Shown piece after piece: positions 1 through 13,124 of a stretch of DNA of 64,000 nt. The position numbers were made by a program, and so were the translations under genes. The DNA is from Ostrea edulis (lineage: Eukaryota): assembly GCF_947568905.1 (NCBI RefSeq), contig NC_079167.1, positions 20,150,001 through 20,214,000 on the forward strand, given 5' to 3'. Numbering within the stretch: the first letter of the stretch is position 1; every line of letters begins with the position of its first letter. The notes under the pieces are model-generated. The model ran no database searches, had not been told where the DNA came from, and was given only the letters and a program-made list of their open reading frames with translations.

Positions 1-233
1 TAGTGACGTTGATGAAATCTAAAAGTTGATTGATTGATTGTATATTGTTTAACGTCCCTCTCGAGAATTTAATTGGCATGAGATAAAAAGAACATCCAAT
101 AGCAAATATATACACCATCTCAGCTCGTTGGATAAAGCAAATATTACAGCATACTATATAGACATGCTCTATTTAAATCTAATTGGACTGATGTCTATGG
201 TTTGACATATATATGCTCACTTTAAACTTACAG

Positions 234-1419
234 TTAAGAGTTATGGCAGCGGTGGTTACGGAGGTAGCGGACACGGAGGGGCACTCGGTGGGGGAGGCTT
301 CGGTGGTTTAGGAGGAGGTGCCCTGGGTGGAGGCCTCGGAAGCGGTGGCGGACTTGGAGGAGGACTAAGCTCCGGCGGACTAGGAGGAATTAGCTATGGT
401 GGGCTAGGAGGACCAGGCTCCGGCGGATTAGGACTAGGCTCTGGCGGACTAGGACTAGGCTCCGGTGGACTAGGAGGAATTAGCTATGGCGGACTAGGAG
501 GACCAGGCTCCGGCGGATTTGGATTAGGTTCTGGTGGTCTAGGAGGATTAAGAGGTCTAGGAGGAGGGTTAAGAGGAGGTTCAGGCCCGGGAGGATTTGG
601 AGGCTACTACCCAGGAGGTGGAAGCCGCAGTTATTACTATTATATTCAATACATCATCTACTTGTTGAGAATATTGGGACCCTTCTATGGAGGTCCTATT
701 GGCGGCGGCGGCGGTTTTCCATATGGTGGAACTGGTGGCATTTCCTACGGAGGGGGATTCCCAAGGGGCGGATTAGGTGGAATTGGAGGCGGATTAGGTG
801 GAATTGGAGGCGGATTAGGTGGAATCGGAGGCGGATTAGGTGGAATGGGCGGCGGATTAGGTGGAATCGGAGGCGGATTAGGTGGAATTGGAGGCGGATT
901 AGGTGGAATCGGAGGCGGATTAGGTGGAATGGGAGGCGGATTAGGTGGAATCGGAGGCGGATTAGGTGGAACTGGTGGTATTTCTTATGGAGGTGGATTA
1001 GGTGGTATCGGCGGTGGCAGTCTCGGTGGATTCGGTGGCATCGGTGGTGGTAGCCTCGGTGGTACTGGAGGCGGTTTCAGTGGTTTAGGTGGTCTCGGCG
1101 GGAGTGGTGGATTTGGTGGACTAGGAGGGGGACTTGGCGGTGGACTAGGAGGAGGACTTGGCGGTGGACTAGGGGGAGGACTTGGCGGTGGACTAGGAGG
1201 TATTGGAAGTGGAGGAGGTTTTGGCCACGGAGGAGGTCACGGGGGATATCCACGTACGGTTCCTTCATACTTTATAAAGTAGTGAAAACAATAAAGCGCA
1301 AAGAAATTTACATTGTAAAATTTTAACGGTACACAAACGAGTACTTCTTACAGATAATATATTCATTTTTCGTATATACATTTCAATGGTTTTATTTTTC
1401 AGGAAAGAAGTACTATTGA
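234..1419 (+). CDS. G1: shematrin-like Gly-rich secreted structural protein, 5'-partial (signal exon upstream of window)
   Basis: Acceptor ttacag| at 233; frame open from 236 (KSYGSGGYGG...), so well upstream of the track's TTG at 662. Internal Tyr block SRSYYYYIQYIIYLLRILGP, then (GGLGGIG)n. Donor c|gtacgg after 1253, acceptor ttttcag| at 1402, micro-exon 1403-1419 gives ...GGYPRKKYY*. AATAAA at 1487. Family label rests on Gly repeats plus a basic/Tyr C-terminus, as in pearl-oyster shematrins (RKKKY-type). Confidence 0.85.
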
Positions 1420-1989
1420 TTGCAATGAACGCCCAGTAACGACGCCCATCATCAAATCATCGTAGAAAGGTGTATGTGTTTGTAGTAATAAATATCTGCA
1501 AGTTTCTATTGTAGTAGTTTTCATGTTCATTTCTTCAAACTGATGAATAATTGACGACAATATCGATGAAAAAGCAGTAAAATGTGTTTAAAAAAAGAAA
1601 GAAAGAAAGAAAAAAACCCACAACGACAAGCTCCTTATTGTGACCAATTCAATATTGGTGCTCCTTGTCCTAAAATCCTGACCATCATCTGTTAAACATT
1701 CTCTAGCTTACAGAATTCAAAAGTGAAAAGCATGCTTATACAAACAGACCAAATCAATGCATTCTCCGATTTTCGAATTCAATGCTAAATAATTGATAGC
1801 GTAGATATGTAAAAATGATTCTCGTGAGTCCACATATTACGTCAGTATTCGAGTCAAAGGAAAAGGTTTTATTGAATTCTCCTAAATTGTCAGATGGTAA
1901 AACAAATTGTCAGAGACTTGGAAAACACGGTCAATATATGTCTCTTCTTCAAAAAACCTGTTGTGGTCATAAACATTTATTCAAATGTA

Positions 1990-3367
1990 TGGTGGCTGAT
2001 TTGTGCCACTTTACAATTTGTCGTTTTGTCGAGGTTTTTTCGAGGTGAAAAGACGACAAAACGATAATAAGCGACTTTTCGCCTCGAAATAACGAAAAGT
2101 CTACAAGACGATAAAATACAGATTTCCCCGTTATTTTGCTATCTGATTTTCTAGGAATTCAATATGAAATTTGCTGTGTTTTCGATAATTATTAATTACA
2201 TTTACAAAAAGGAAACAGCTGAAATTAAATTCTAGTTCTTATGTACTTGTATTCTACTGAAGAAATCTGTTTTCTTTTTTTTTTTAAAGTTATACCAGGC
2301 ATGTTGAATTGGAAGTTGGGATGGGAAGGCACCCTGGTCTCTCCCCTTTTTACAATTAATTATAATTTTCCCTTTATTTTTTACATACAAATTTCATATT
2401 TTCTACATGCAAATTTCGATTGATTTGCCCCCCCCCTCCCCTCTTTTCATTTTTAAAGTAGTAGTTAAAGGTAGTAGATGTTTGAAGTGCTGAATTGAAG
2501 AATACGTACAATGAACTACCCTCCCCCCTCCTACGATGTATAGGATATTGAGATTTGGGCAGAAGTACCCTAAATCCATTTTTTCTTACTTGTCAAGAAT
2601 TTCATTGCAAGTGTGAAATGAATTCCGGCTTCCCCCTCCCCTACTGCGTAGAAGGGGGGGGGGGGGTAGTTAATTGCACGTATTCTTCAATTCAGCACTT
2701 CAAACTCAACTACCTTTCAGTACTACTTTGAAAATGAAAAGAGGGGAGGGGGGGGGGCAATCAATCAAACTTTGCATGTAGAAAATATGAGATTTGTATG
2801 TAAAAATAACGAGAAAAGTAAATTGTAAAAAGGGGAGAGGCCAGGGCCCCTTTCCACTCCAACTTCCAATTCAATATGCCTGGTATAAAATTTACCAAAA
2901 AAAACACAACAACAACAACAACAAAGATTTCTTCAAGTACATAAGATCTATAATTTGATTTTAGCTGTTTCCTTTTTGTAAATTAATTAATAGAGGGTCT
3001 CGAAAAAAAAAAAAGGCGAAAAGACGACAAAATTATGTCGCTAATTTGCGGATTTTGATTGTCGTCTTTTCGCCTGTAATTTGTAGTCTTTTCGTTTTGT
3101 CGTCTTGTAGACTTTTCGTTATTTCGAGGCGAAAAGTCGCTAATTATCGATTTGTCATCTTTTCACCTCGACAAGACGCCAAGCGAAAAGACGACAAATT
3201 AGATCGCTAATTTGCGGGTTTTATTTGTAGTCTTTTCGCCTACAATTTGTCGTCTTTTCGTTCTGTCATCTTTTCGTTATTTCGGGGCTAAAAGTCGCCA
3301 ATTATCGTTTTGTCGTCTTTTCACCTCGAAAAAACGACAAATTGTAAAGTGGCACAATCAGCCACCA
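1990..3367. mobile_element. ~1.4 kb foldback-type non-autonomous DNA transposon, TA-flanked
   Basis: Termini TGGTGGCTGAT...ATCAGCCACCA flanked by TA (1988-89, 3368-69). Outer arms ~1990-2115 vs ~3093-3367 carry CGAAAAGACGACAAA-type repeats. Inner arms ~2190-2535 vs ~2647-2990. No ORF. Confidence 0.8.
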
Positions 3368-3903
3368 TACATATGCCTGCAAGAAGAAATTTCGTTTTCC
3401 CAGTTAAAGAAAATTTCGTAGAACACAAATGTAATACATAAGTTCACAGCAAACTCCCCGTCGAGGCCTCATTACGTCACCTACGAATAGACCTCTCCTA
3501 TGTGACGCACCACAATATACAGATTTGTATATTGTGAGTCCGCGATTATCACGCAGGCAAATAACACTAAAGAAGTAGTTCGCACTTAAAAGTTTGAAGA
3601 TATTGATATTAAGAGCATAAATATAAAAGTATGGATTTTATTTTAAACATGAAATGATCAAAAGATCATTAAAAAGTACGGAGACTCTGTTCAAATTATT
3701 GTGTAAAGTAATGAACTTGATGTTTACGTACTTGTTTTGAAAGTTGTTTACGTTTGACGTTATGTTTTTTCGTCATTCTACAATGACGTCACAGTATACG
3801 CGGCCTAAGAAATCGCTATCCCATAATGCCTAAGTGGAAGAGTTTGGTTTGTGAGCAAACGAACTCTGGTGGAAGTTTGAAGTTCACAGTTCTATGATCA
3901 AAT

Positions 3904-4086
3904 ATGCTTGTCACGGGGCCTTTGATGACGTAGACTGCGTCATGGTGCCATGTTTGTCACGGGGTCTTTAATGATGTAGAGAGCGTTATGGTACCATGCT
4001 TGTCACGGGACCTTTGATGACGTAGCTGCGTTATGGTGTCGTGCTTGTCACGGGCCTTTGATGACGTAGATTGCGTTATGGTGTCC
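3904..4086. repeat. Minisatellite, 4 x ~46 bp
   Basis: Unit atgcttgtcacggggcctttgatgacgtagactgcgtcatggtgcc, with copies near 3904, 3950, 3996 and 4041. Confidence 0.9.
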
Positions 4087-5559
4087 TTGTAGTATTTTAT
4101 AGCAACTTATCAGTCTTCAATATTTAATGAATGGTTTTATAGAATATTTATTATACATATGTATATCATTTTTCTTCGTGTTGTGCGTTTTACTGGCGAT
4201 GTTATCAAACTACTTGATTGATGCCATGGCCTGACCCCCTGTGTCTCCCAACAAACAAACCGTTTAATTTCTACATGATAATGCAACCGCAGCATTTGAA
4301 GTTTTTTCTTCTTTAACCTCGTTTCCAAAATCAGTTTTACATAGTGAACAATTGCCCCTGAAGTTCAGTTACCTAAATTAATATTTCTGTCAGCATTAAC
4401 CTTTTTTGGACCATTGACCTTTTTAAGGCCACTGTGTACCAGTCAGGATAAGATGTTTCTAATGTGACATTCAAAACTAGCTAGATGTACACCAACATAT
4501 TGTTCAGCTCGCGACGCAAAGCGGAATGTATGATAAGATTGATAATCTGTCATATCCAATGATTTTAAACCAAAGGTCACTGTTTCTTTTATAAATTGAC
4601 TTGAAAAGCAAGACAAAAAACAAAATTTACAACAATTTTCATTTTTCTAAAGCTAATTTCACAGGTGCATTTCTGACATATATTACAGAAAAATGCTGTC
4701 TATCTAAAACTGACATGATTATAAATTTATGTAAGACTTTTCCCGGTTAAACGACTTTAGAAAGTCAAGTTAATCTCTGTAAAGTTTTTTGTACCTTATT
4801 ACAAAGTTTTATACCTATACATATAAAACAAGTTTTTGTACCTATATAACAAGTTTTTGAATATTCATCACAGAATTTTACACACTTATCTAATCACAAG
4901 TTTTTAACACATAAAACCCATTGCATAGTTTTATACGTTATAAATATTACTGGTATATTTATACCATCGATATCAGTATGTAGGGCAGAAAACCCCCGTC
5001 TTTAGATGTATATGCCCTTGTCGTGCAGGGCAGAAGTTCTCTGTCATTGTATTTATGCCCAGACTTAAACAGCAGATGTCCTCCGTGATTCTGTAAAATG
5101 CCCCACACTAATTATATCACCCGCAAATTTGTCTTTGCACTCGTCTCTCTTCATTAGCAAAATTTGTTCAGACCAGGTAATGCAAGGACATTAAAAGCTT
5201 ACATTTGGCACAAAGGTTGCTTCTGACCAGACAAAGTGCCTGCACAGAAGTCATTGTTAAAAGTCTGCATTTTGATTCAGGCAATTTTTTGTATTGGAGA
5301 GACATTGGGTTGATTGGCTGTCTGGAGTTTTACGTTTCTTCGAGGATTTTTCACCGACTTTAATAGCTTTAGATGAAGGGCCACGATTTTTAGACCCATG
5401 GAAAGCGTTCAGGGTCATTTAGCAATGAATGCGCTTTTTAGGAACCCATTTCTGATATATATACTTTTTGTTTATAACCAGGCGGTGTGCCATGATTCCA
5501 ACCTAAAGTAATTTCCTAAGGTCGAGGTCAGTTGTGTGGTTGACGTAGAATCGGATCTT

Positions 5560-6000
5560 TCTGTTGCGCTATGATCTCGGCTATGTCATATTGGGTCTTA
5601 AGTATCGATTCTTCTTTTGCATTCAGATGCCTTTTTTATGTTGTCTAGGCGTATGTCCTTACGATGAGCATGAGCTAGCCACTTCCAATGATTTAATGGC
5701 TTGGTTTGAACATATTTTATTGTAATGAAGATACAAAAGGTTTGAACACTTCTGAAAAATTACTAAGTTTTCAACTTGATTTAATGGTTTATCTGAGCTG
5801 AAGGTTCAGTGTTGTCTAGACTATAACCCAATGTATAATTATGACGAAGAGTGGAGGTGACATGAACTATCCTTGTCTGACTCCAGTGCCTTATTATAAA
5901 AATTAAACATCTGATTCAAACTGGTTTAAAGTTAGCCAGATCAAGTGTTCATTCTTTAAGGATCCACCTACATCAAACTTACATGATAGTTCTTCTGGAC
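5560..6000 (-). pseudogene. Highly decayed RTE-like LINE reverse transcriptase remnant
   Basis: Minus-strand translation gives GTGVRQG*FMSPPLF (RT motif) and, further on, WKWLAHAHRKD (like the RTE C-terminal WxWxGHxxR). Many stops; boundaries approximate. Confidence 0.5.
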
Positions 6001-6534
6001 CAATTTTCACCTGAAATTATTTAGCCCATCTGCTATACTTTATGAAAATATTCTGTTTCCTAACAAAGAATACAAATACACTCACTATATCATTCTGAAA
6101 ATTTGATTCCGGAGCAACGTTTCTTTCTAGATGCTCTCAGAGGGAAATAATGCTTGAAAATGTTTTATTGCAAATCAATAGAGGGCCAAACGTGACTTTT
6201 ATATGAAGCAACAATTGAGCCGATCTAAGTTAAAATGTAAAGTGAAAGCAGCTATTTCTAATTTCACTTTCAAATATTACCACATTCTGCTGCAGTAAAC
6301 ATATATGTTTCCCCAAAACAACATTTCTGAAATGTCCTACATTAATGTTTAAGAAAATATTTTAAGCATAACCTGTAGTCCTAAAGCATTTAGAAATATA
6401 TTTCCATTTCCTGGAAATTTGGGAATTGTTTTGATATATCGTCTAAGATATGATCGCTGTATTATAGGCTAGGGAATTGACAGATTTTTTCCCCTTCTGT
6501 TTATGAAAAAAGACGAACATATTTATGTAAAACA

Positions 6535-6742
6535 TGAAAAGGTGAAAACAAGGAACAGTGATCAATCTCATAACTTATATAAGGAATACAAAATTAAGAG
6601 TTGGGCAAACAGGGACCCCTGGATATACCAGAGGTGGGACCAGGTGCCTCGGAGGAGTAGGCGTCCCCTGTCGACTGGTCACACACGTCGTGAGCCCTAG
6701 ATCTTGATCAAGTAAACGGAGTAATCCGTAGTCGGAATCAGT
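6535..6742 (-). mobile_element. 3' end fragment of the Naiad-type Penelope-like element
   Basis: Reverse complement of 40860-41071 (aggtgaa...aacagtgatcaatctcataac...ttgggcaaac..ggacccctgg...gtagtc). Confidence 0.85.
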
Positions 6743-7262
6743 TCATGGAACACAAACACGTTGTATAAGATTGGAAACTGAGCTGAAACACATAGAAGAA
6801 ATCAAGCCAGTTTGACTTAAGGTTTACAAGGATTACGTGCGTTGTTTATAGCCAACCTTTCTAATACATTTGTGTAATTAGATAACAATACCCTATATTA
6901 CAAATAAAAGTAAGAATGCTAGCATCTCGCACAATAGATAAAAGAAACCACTGATCAAAGGTGAGTACTTTTTCAGTCGATGCCAAATATGAAAATTTAA
7001 AAGCCCACACCGTAAGTTTAAAATCTATCAGTCCCCACCAAGGGTTAGCAATTAATTTACTACCATCCCATGTCAAAGGCGAACAATGTTTGATATCAGC
7101 AATCTATTATTCCATTCCAAAGATGAGTGATTTAACATCAGAGGTGACGAACTTAGCATTCCATTCTAAAGGTGAGCAGTCTATCAGCTCAGATCCAGTA
7201 CATCCAAATATCTGCAATTTTTCCAGTCTCGAGATATATCATATGTATATTCTTATACAAAA

Positions 7263-7401
7263 NNNNNNNNNNNNNNNNNNNNNNNNNNNNNNNNNNNNNN
7301 NNNNNNNNNNNNNNNNNNNNNNNNNNNNNNNNNNNNNNNNNNNNNNNNNNNNNNNNNNNNNNNNNNNNNNNNNNNNNNNNNNNNNNNNNNNNNNNNNNNN
7401 N
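7263..7401. other. Assembly gap (139 N)
   Basis: Run of N; indicates a scaffolded assembly. Confidence 1.
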
Positions 7402-7908
7402 GAAACCCTGCTAACAAACTGGCAGTCAAACGATCAAATCGAACAGGAATTGCAATCTTATTGGTCGAGACAAGAATCGTCCCTTCTTAGGCTTAGGTAC
7501 ATCAATAAGAATTGTAGTTTTGAAAAAAAAAAATTGGAAACTATTACATGTATTTTTAAGACTAACTTACCTTTTATACCAAATGTTGAATTGTTCATTG
7601 GGCGTAAAACAAACTGTCTAAAATGTTCGAACCAAAACGTTAATATAAATCAGATGTCTTGTTCAACCTGTAGTACTGTGGAATATTGCCTTTGTATTCG
7701 ATAGATTTACAGGAACTTTTCAGGTACAATTTTTATCAATGATGTATGACATCTAATGTTCTTTGTTACGCTCCATGAAGGAAGAAAAATAAGCTGTTCA
7801 TCCTTACTATACAAACCGGACGTTCAATTCTGAAAATGTAAAACAAAAAGTAAAAGGAAAACATTCTGAAATACTTGTAATTTCATTACATAAATGAACC
7901 ATTTAATA

Positions 7909-8123
7909 AAAAGGTGAAGATAACGAACATTGTTCATTCTAATAACTCCTATAAGGAATATAAAATCAAGAATTGGGCAAACACGGACCCCTGGACATAC
8001 CAGAGATGGGATCAGGTGCCCAGAAGGAGCAAGCATCCCCTGTCGACCGGTCACACCCGCCATCTTGATTAGGTAAACTGAGTAATCCGTAGTCAAAATC
8101 GGTGTACAAAAAACGGCTTAACA
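7909..8123 (-). mobile_element. 3' end fragment of the Naiad-type Penelope-like element
   Basis: Same ~200-bp sequence as 6535-6742 and the reverse complement of 40860-41071. Confidence 0.85.
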
Positions 8124-8588
8124 TTAAATATGAATACTAATATATCATATATCATGATAATACATGTATATCACAATATAGCAGTGACGACTCCTCGCCA
8201 AACATTCAGATTTCGAAGTGAAAGTTGTAGATCTTTCGGATAAGGTCGTAATTGTCAGGCGTTGACACAATAAAGAACCATCAAGAACCCTTAGCACCAT
8301 GCGTAGGTCTATAGCACTTCACTTCCTATATCAATTCTTTCGATTATTTCATATTTGGCAAGATTTTCGTTACAAAAGACTATGAATGACACCAGTCTTT
8401 CTGGGCCCCTACATCTTTTTCGTATCCAGCCTAACCAGCAGAATAAACCTATTTCATGAACAGTACTATATATTTGTTTATTTTTAACAATTGTGTATTG
8501 TGTTTAATACTTTTGATGCAGATAAATATTTGTATAGAAATGTTAATGTTTAATGACAGGAATCTAGATACCAGTATAGAATTTAAAA

Positions 8589-8996
8589 AGAAATGTTTGA
8601 ATTCTTGAGATTTGTGAAGCGTTCATTAATTGTGAGAAATGTTTGAATTCTTGAGATTTGTGAAGCGTTCATCGACTGCGAGAAATATTTGAATTCTTGA
8701 GATTTGTGAAGCGTTCATCGACTGCGAGAAATATTTGAATTCTTGAGATTTGTGAAGCGTTCATCGACTGCGAGAAATGTTTGAATTCTTGAGATTTGTG
8801 AAGCGTTCATCGACTGCGAGAAATGTTTGAATTCTTGACATTTGTGAAGCGTTCATGAACTGAGAGAAATGTTTGAATTCTTGAGATATGTGAAGCGTTC
8901 ATGAACTGAGAGAAATGTATGACTTCTTGAGATTTGTGAAGCGTTCATGAACTGAGAGAAATATTTGAATTCTTGAGGTTTGTGAAGCGTTCATTC
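8589..8996. repeat. Minisatellite, 9 x 46 bp
   Basis: Unit agaaatgtttgaattcttgagatttgtgaagcgttcatcgactgcg at a 46-bp period (8589, 8635, 8681 ... 8957). Confidence 0.95.
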
Positions 8997-9809
8997 ACTG
9001 TCCCCGTCGTTTTCTTGCTGACAGGTAAGTTTTCCACATGAAAGCCGCGGGATGAGGACACGGAGATGGACATGACCTGACGTGTAAACAGACGGCATGG
9101 GGTCTGCCCTGACAGGCGGACAGGTGGAATCGTGTATTACAAAACCAGGTCAGATCGAGCTCGTGTCGCCCAGGTAACAGCTATCATCAGAACAGGTGTT
9201 CTCACACTATAAAACAATAAAACATTTATATATACAAATACAGGGTTAACTCCTATGTGTTTCAAAATACTAGTAACTAAACTTAATTGATATGTTACTT
9301 TCTTTGTAGGATACTAGTAGATATTTTTTTTCTATTTTCATAGATGTATATCACAAGCGAAAGTGCATTTTGAAAGAGAAAAAGTGAATAAGATATTGAA
9401 TTTCTGGTGGTATGTGAAACGTACATTTTCCCATTATTTGAAAAAAAAAATAGACATATGCATCTGACCACAATTTGATCACACGGTTTATCATTTATTT
9501 CATGCCAGTGTCTTTCATAAACATTATATAGTTTACAGTTCTTTACAAGAAAAAAAGAAAAGAAAGAATATTTCGCTTTCAAAAACTTATCGATAAAACC
9601 TTTGCAGCCTGTATTATTTAAGGCTTTGATTATTTCTTATGTTTACTTAACTTTTAATTTCCAAAAAAATATGTCATAAAAATTCCAGAATTCAAACCTC
9701 AGCTATGCCCCCCCCCCCCTCCCCCAATAGAATAGAGTGATTTTGAAAATAGCAAAATAATGAAACCAACAATCATTCATGATTTGATATGAGATAGTAA
9801 CTCTGAACA

Positions 9810-10510
9810 CATCGTCGGAAACCCACAGTCGGTCGCACTCCGTCGGTAAATGGAGTGTGACCGACCCATTCTCTCACCAGAGGGCGTGTTACACAAACTT
9901 CAGTAGTGCCAACCTCTACCCAGAGTTATCGTTCCTTACACTCACTTGCACCTCTGTCAACGTCTCAAGGGGTTTACAAGATTTTTGTAATGGCACGTAT
10001 GCTCAAATAAAGTATGGTTTTGACTTCAGTTACAAAAATATACGTAAATAAATAAATATTGAGCAGATGTCAAGTCTTTTTGTGACACAAGAAGCATTGA
10101 TTTGGGTTGAAACGTGGATATTGGGTAGTTCTATTGCACCAGGCCTATACATAGGTACATGAAGAATATATAGTAATGGGGAAAAATCTACAAATAGTTG
10201 CTTGTCCTACGTTTTCCCGATATTTTATAAAATAGTTCTTAGTTTTATTAGCCGTAAAAAAGAAAAGAAAAAAAGAGGGGGATTTACATGTGGAATAACA
10301 TTGTTTATTTTGAGACATTAACAGAGGTGCAAGTGAGAGCAAGGAACGACAACTCTGGGTAGAGACTGCAGTAGTGCGAGTCATTCTTTACCCAGAGTTC
10401 CGTGCGCTCCTCTCACTTGCGTAACGCGCCCTCTGGTGAGAGAATGTAGTGCGAGTAGCGTACGGAACTCTGGGTAGAGAATGGCGACCGACCGTGGGTT
10501 TCCGACGATG
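9810..10510. mobile_element. MITE with long TIRs and 9-bp TSD (Mutator-like)
   Basis: CATCGTCGGAAACCC...GGGTTTCCGACGATG termini. Arms ~9810-9968 vs ~10311-10510 contain repeated CTCTACCCAGAGTT. Flanks ctctgaaca (9801-9809) and cgctgaaca (10511-10519), one mismatch. Confidence 0.7.
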
Positions 10511-12729
10511 CGCTGAACACAATATAAATTGCATCTTTTTTTTAAATTTGCTCACAATTAGATTAACAAATTCATATAGCAAAAGGATTATGCATACATG
10601 TATATGACTTTGGCCTGGTTCAGACCTTCAAAACCCAGATATTTGAGTGAAGTTTCAAATTTTAGTTCCAAAGTGATAAACATTGAACAACCACCAATTT
10701 TACGCCATTTGTTGCATCCAGTTGTTAGAAATGAATAAATTTACCGTATTTTTATTTTTCCGCTTGTTTATTCATCATTATCATTATCTTAAATATCTTT
10801 CTTTTTATGGAAAACGTAAGTTTTAGTGAGATTTTAAGGATATTTTCTTGAATTACTTATCAAGGAAATACGCGATGTTTCTGACATTTTCTCTAAAATA
10901 ATTTTTTTCATCTCCTCAATATGAAGAGTTTTTGTATGCTTTCCGAAATAGATTTAAATTCTATACGGTAGTAATATTACCATACTTTGTATAAAGGTGA
11001 GCGTAGCTCAGTGGTTAGATTACCTCAATAGTAATATAAAGGTTTCGGATTCGATATCCAATTGTGCCAAAGATTGTTCTCCATTTTTTGCTGCAATATT
11101 GTCCATGTTTACAATTTTCTGGCATACATAAGAGCGAATTACACAAGAGCTGACTTTACATTTATACTTAAAAACAACCAGGGACTATCAAAATATGCTA
11201 GCTCTAAACCAGACATGGTAATATACCCCAAGTTGTTTCTTTTTAGAAACGAGATATAATGGAAGTGAATTGTACGTGAAATTTCACGAAAAATTATATA
11301 TTATTGAGAACCGTTGCGTATGTCCTTAAAATTCAAAACCAGACATCAATGAACATGACCCACGAACCATGAAGAATAATAACATTTCTACTTTCCATTG
11401 AACAATGCTTCTGCAGTAACAATATGGATTCTGTTCAGGAATTCGCTCCACATTTCGGAAAGTAAATCATTCGAAAGTGTGCATGATTTCATCAAATATG
11501 AAAACGTCCGGCTTATATTTCTGTCACGCACGCAGTTACCAGCAATTTTCTTTTTAAAAATACCAACGTAATAGTTATACATACACACTTCATGAAAATA
11601 AAGTAAGATTTCTTTCAAAAATTGAAAATCAGTTAAAAAAAAAAGAAGATTTTACTCAAATTTTAACCGCTCAAATTAAAGTTTGAGATTTTTTCGAGAA
11701 ATCCAGCTGTATGATATAGAGTTTCGATTCAAGAGAAACAAACGCTTTGTAACTAAACGATCAGGTTTTTCTTATTTTGAGTCGCGTCAAAATATTTCAC
11801 TTACAATATTAATAAACAGATAATTATTTGATATTGTATTATGGTTCTCGGCGTTCGCGATACTTTCTATAAATAGAAATGGCGTTCGAGAACAAGGATT
11901 CCGAACACTCTCAGCCTGTCTCTACTTTTGTAGTAAAGTCTCATGTTTGTGTATAAGTTAATGAAAACTGTGAAGGATGTTTCACTTTGAACTGTATCAT
12001 GGGTAATTTCATTCCAGAAATCACTGGATCTTGAACCAATTTCTGTTTTCATAACATCCTAAACATCCGCGATTGGATTCAAATCAGGTGAATTACTTTG
12101 TCACCACCATAACAAGATTCTATTACCATGTATTAGGCTAAAAGTATGAAAAAGAGGATTTTTTTTTCAAAATATGGGTAGGTTATTATTTTCGAAACCA
12201 AGCTGTATAGTCCTCTAAAGCGTCTGGTTCTACTTCTATAAATCATACTTGGTTTTCAAAATCATTATATAAATTATACTTATCTTTTTAAGTCACTAAT
12301 CACAAGATGTTTTATTTACTAACATAGATTCTACTTATCTTTTTTAAATGATTGATTGCAAGTTGTATGATCCTGAATGCTTCTGTGTCCCAATTCCCAC
12401 AGCACACTGAAAACAATCTAAATTGAAATGTGATTTACCAAATTTTTAATAGAATGTGGGTTTTTTTTAAATAAAAAAATCCTCTTAAAATGTTGACATT
12501 TAACCATGTATGTCTGTATGAGTTGTCTATGTTGCAAAATTTCAAAGCAAAGGTCAACGTGACTCAATGTCTCGACCATTCCATGTTGACATGTTCGCTC
12601 TAAACTTTAAAACACGGGCTATGAATGGTTGTACATCTAACATAATTAAAGAACATCGCAATTTGAACACAGCGATATAGATAATTATGTCATTGGAATA
12701 ACTTACATCTGTTAAACATTCAATATTGT

Positions 12730-12893
12730 GATGTTAAAAAAATGTCTTCCTGATCAGAATTCGATTTGCACTTATAATCGAAAATCGATCATTGTACTAC
12801 AATCGTTGTCGTTGTGTAATGAAATAAGTGTATATAAGGCTCTTCCAAACAGTCCATCGCAGTACAGTGGTTCTCCGGAAGATAAACTGACAG
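12730..12893 (+). promoter_or_regulatory. G2 promoter and non-coding exon 1
   Basis: TATATAAG at 12831; CAGT initiator-like site ~30 bp downstream; donor cag|gtatc after 12893; matching acceptor ttttcag| at 13118, just before the ATG exon. Shares GATGTTAAA..CTTCC..TCAGAATT..AATCGAT with the G4-G6 promoters. Confidence 0.65.
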
Positions 12894-13124
12894 GTATCAA
12901 CTATTATGTAAACCAATTCAATATCTGTATGGTTTGATTTTTGGCTTTATCATGTATTGTCGATAATTACGGATTATCTCCCTTGGAAAACTCAAAAGCC
13001 CGATTCATTTGGAACTTTAGATTTTGTCTTTGAAATAGCTTTAAAAAGTCCAACATGTAAAAGAGATTTCCGCGCCGTCACTCTATACACTAGTTTATCT
13101 TGAGAATATATTTTTCAGAAAACC

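Noticed and set aside
5000-5500. Cys-containing minus-strand translations suggestive of a zinc finger
   Set aside because: Fragmented across frames with stops; spacing does not match a defined motif.
6961-7704. 247-aa ORF
   Set aside because: Open only because it spans the N gap; no recognisable domain.
11001-11070. tRNA-like sequences (also 56421-56490, 62890-62950, 63270-63351 and 63360-63399)
   Set aside because: Incomplete cloverleaves embedded in SINEs or MITEs, most with TSDs and tails; not called as tRNA genes.
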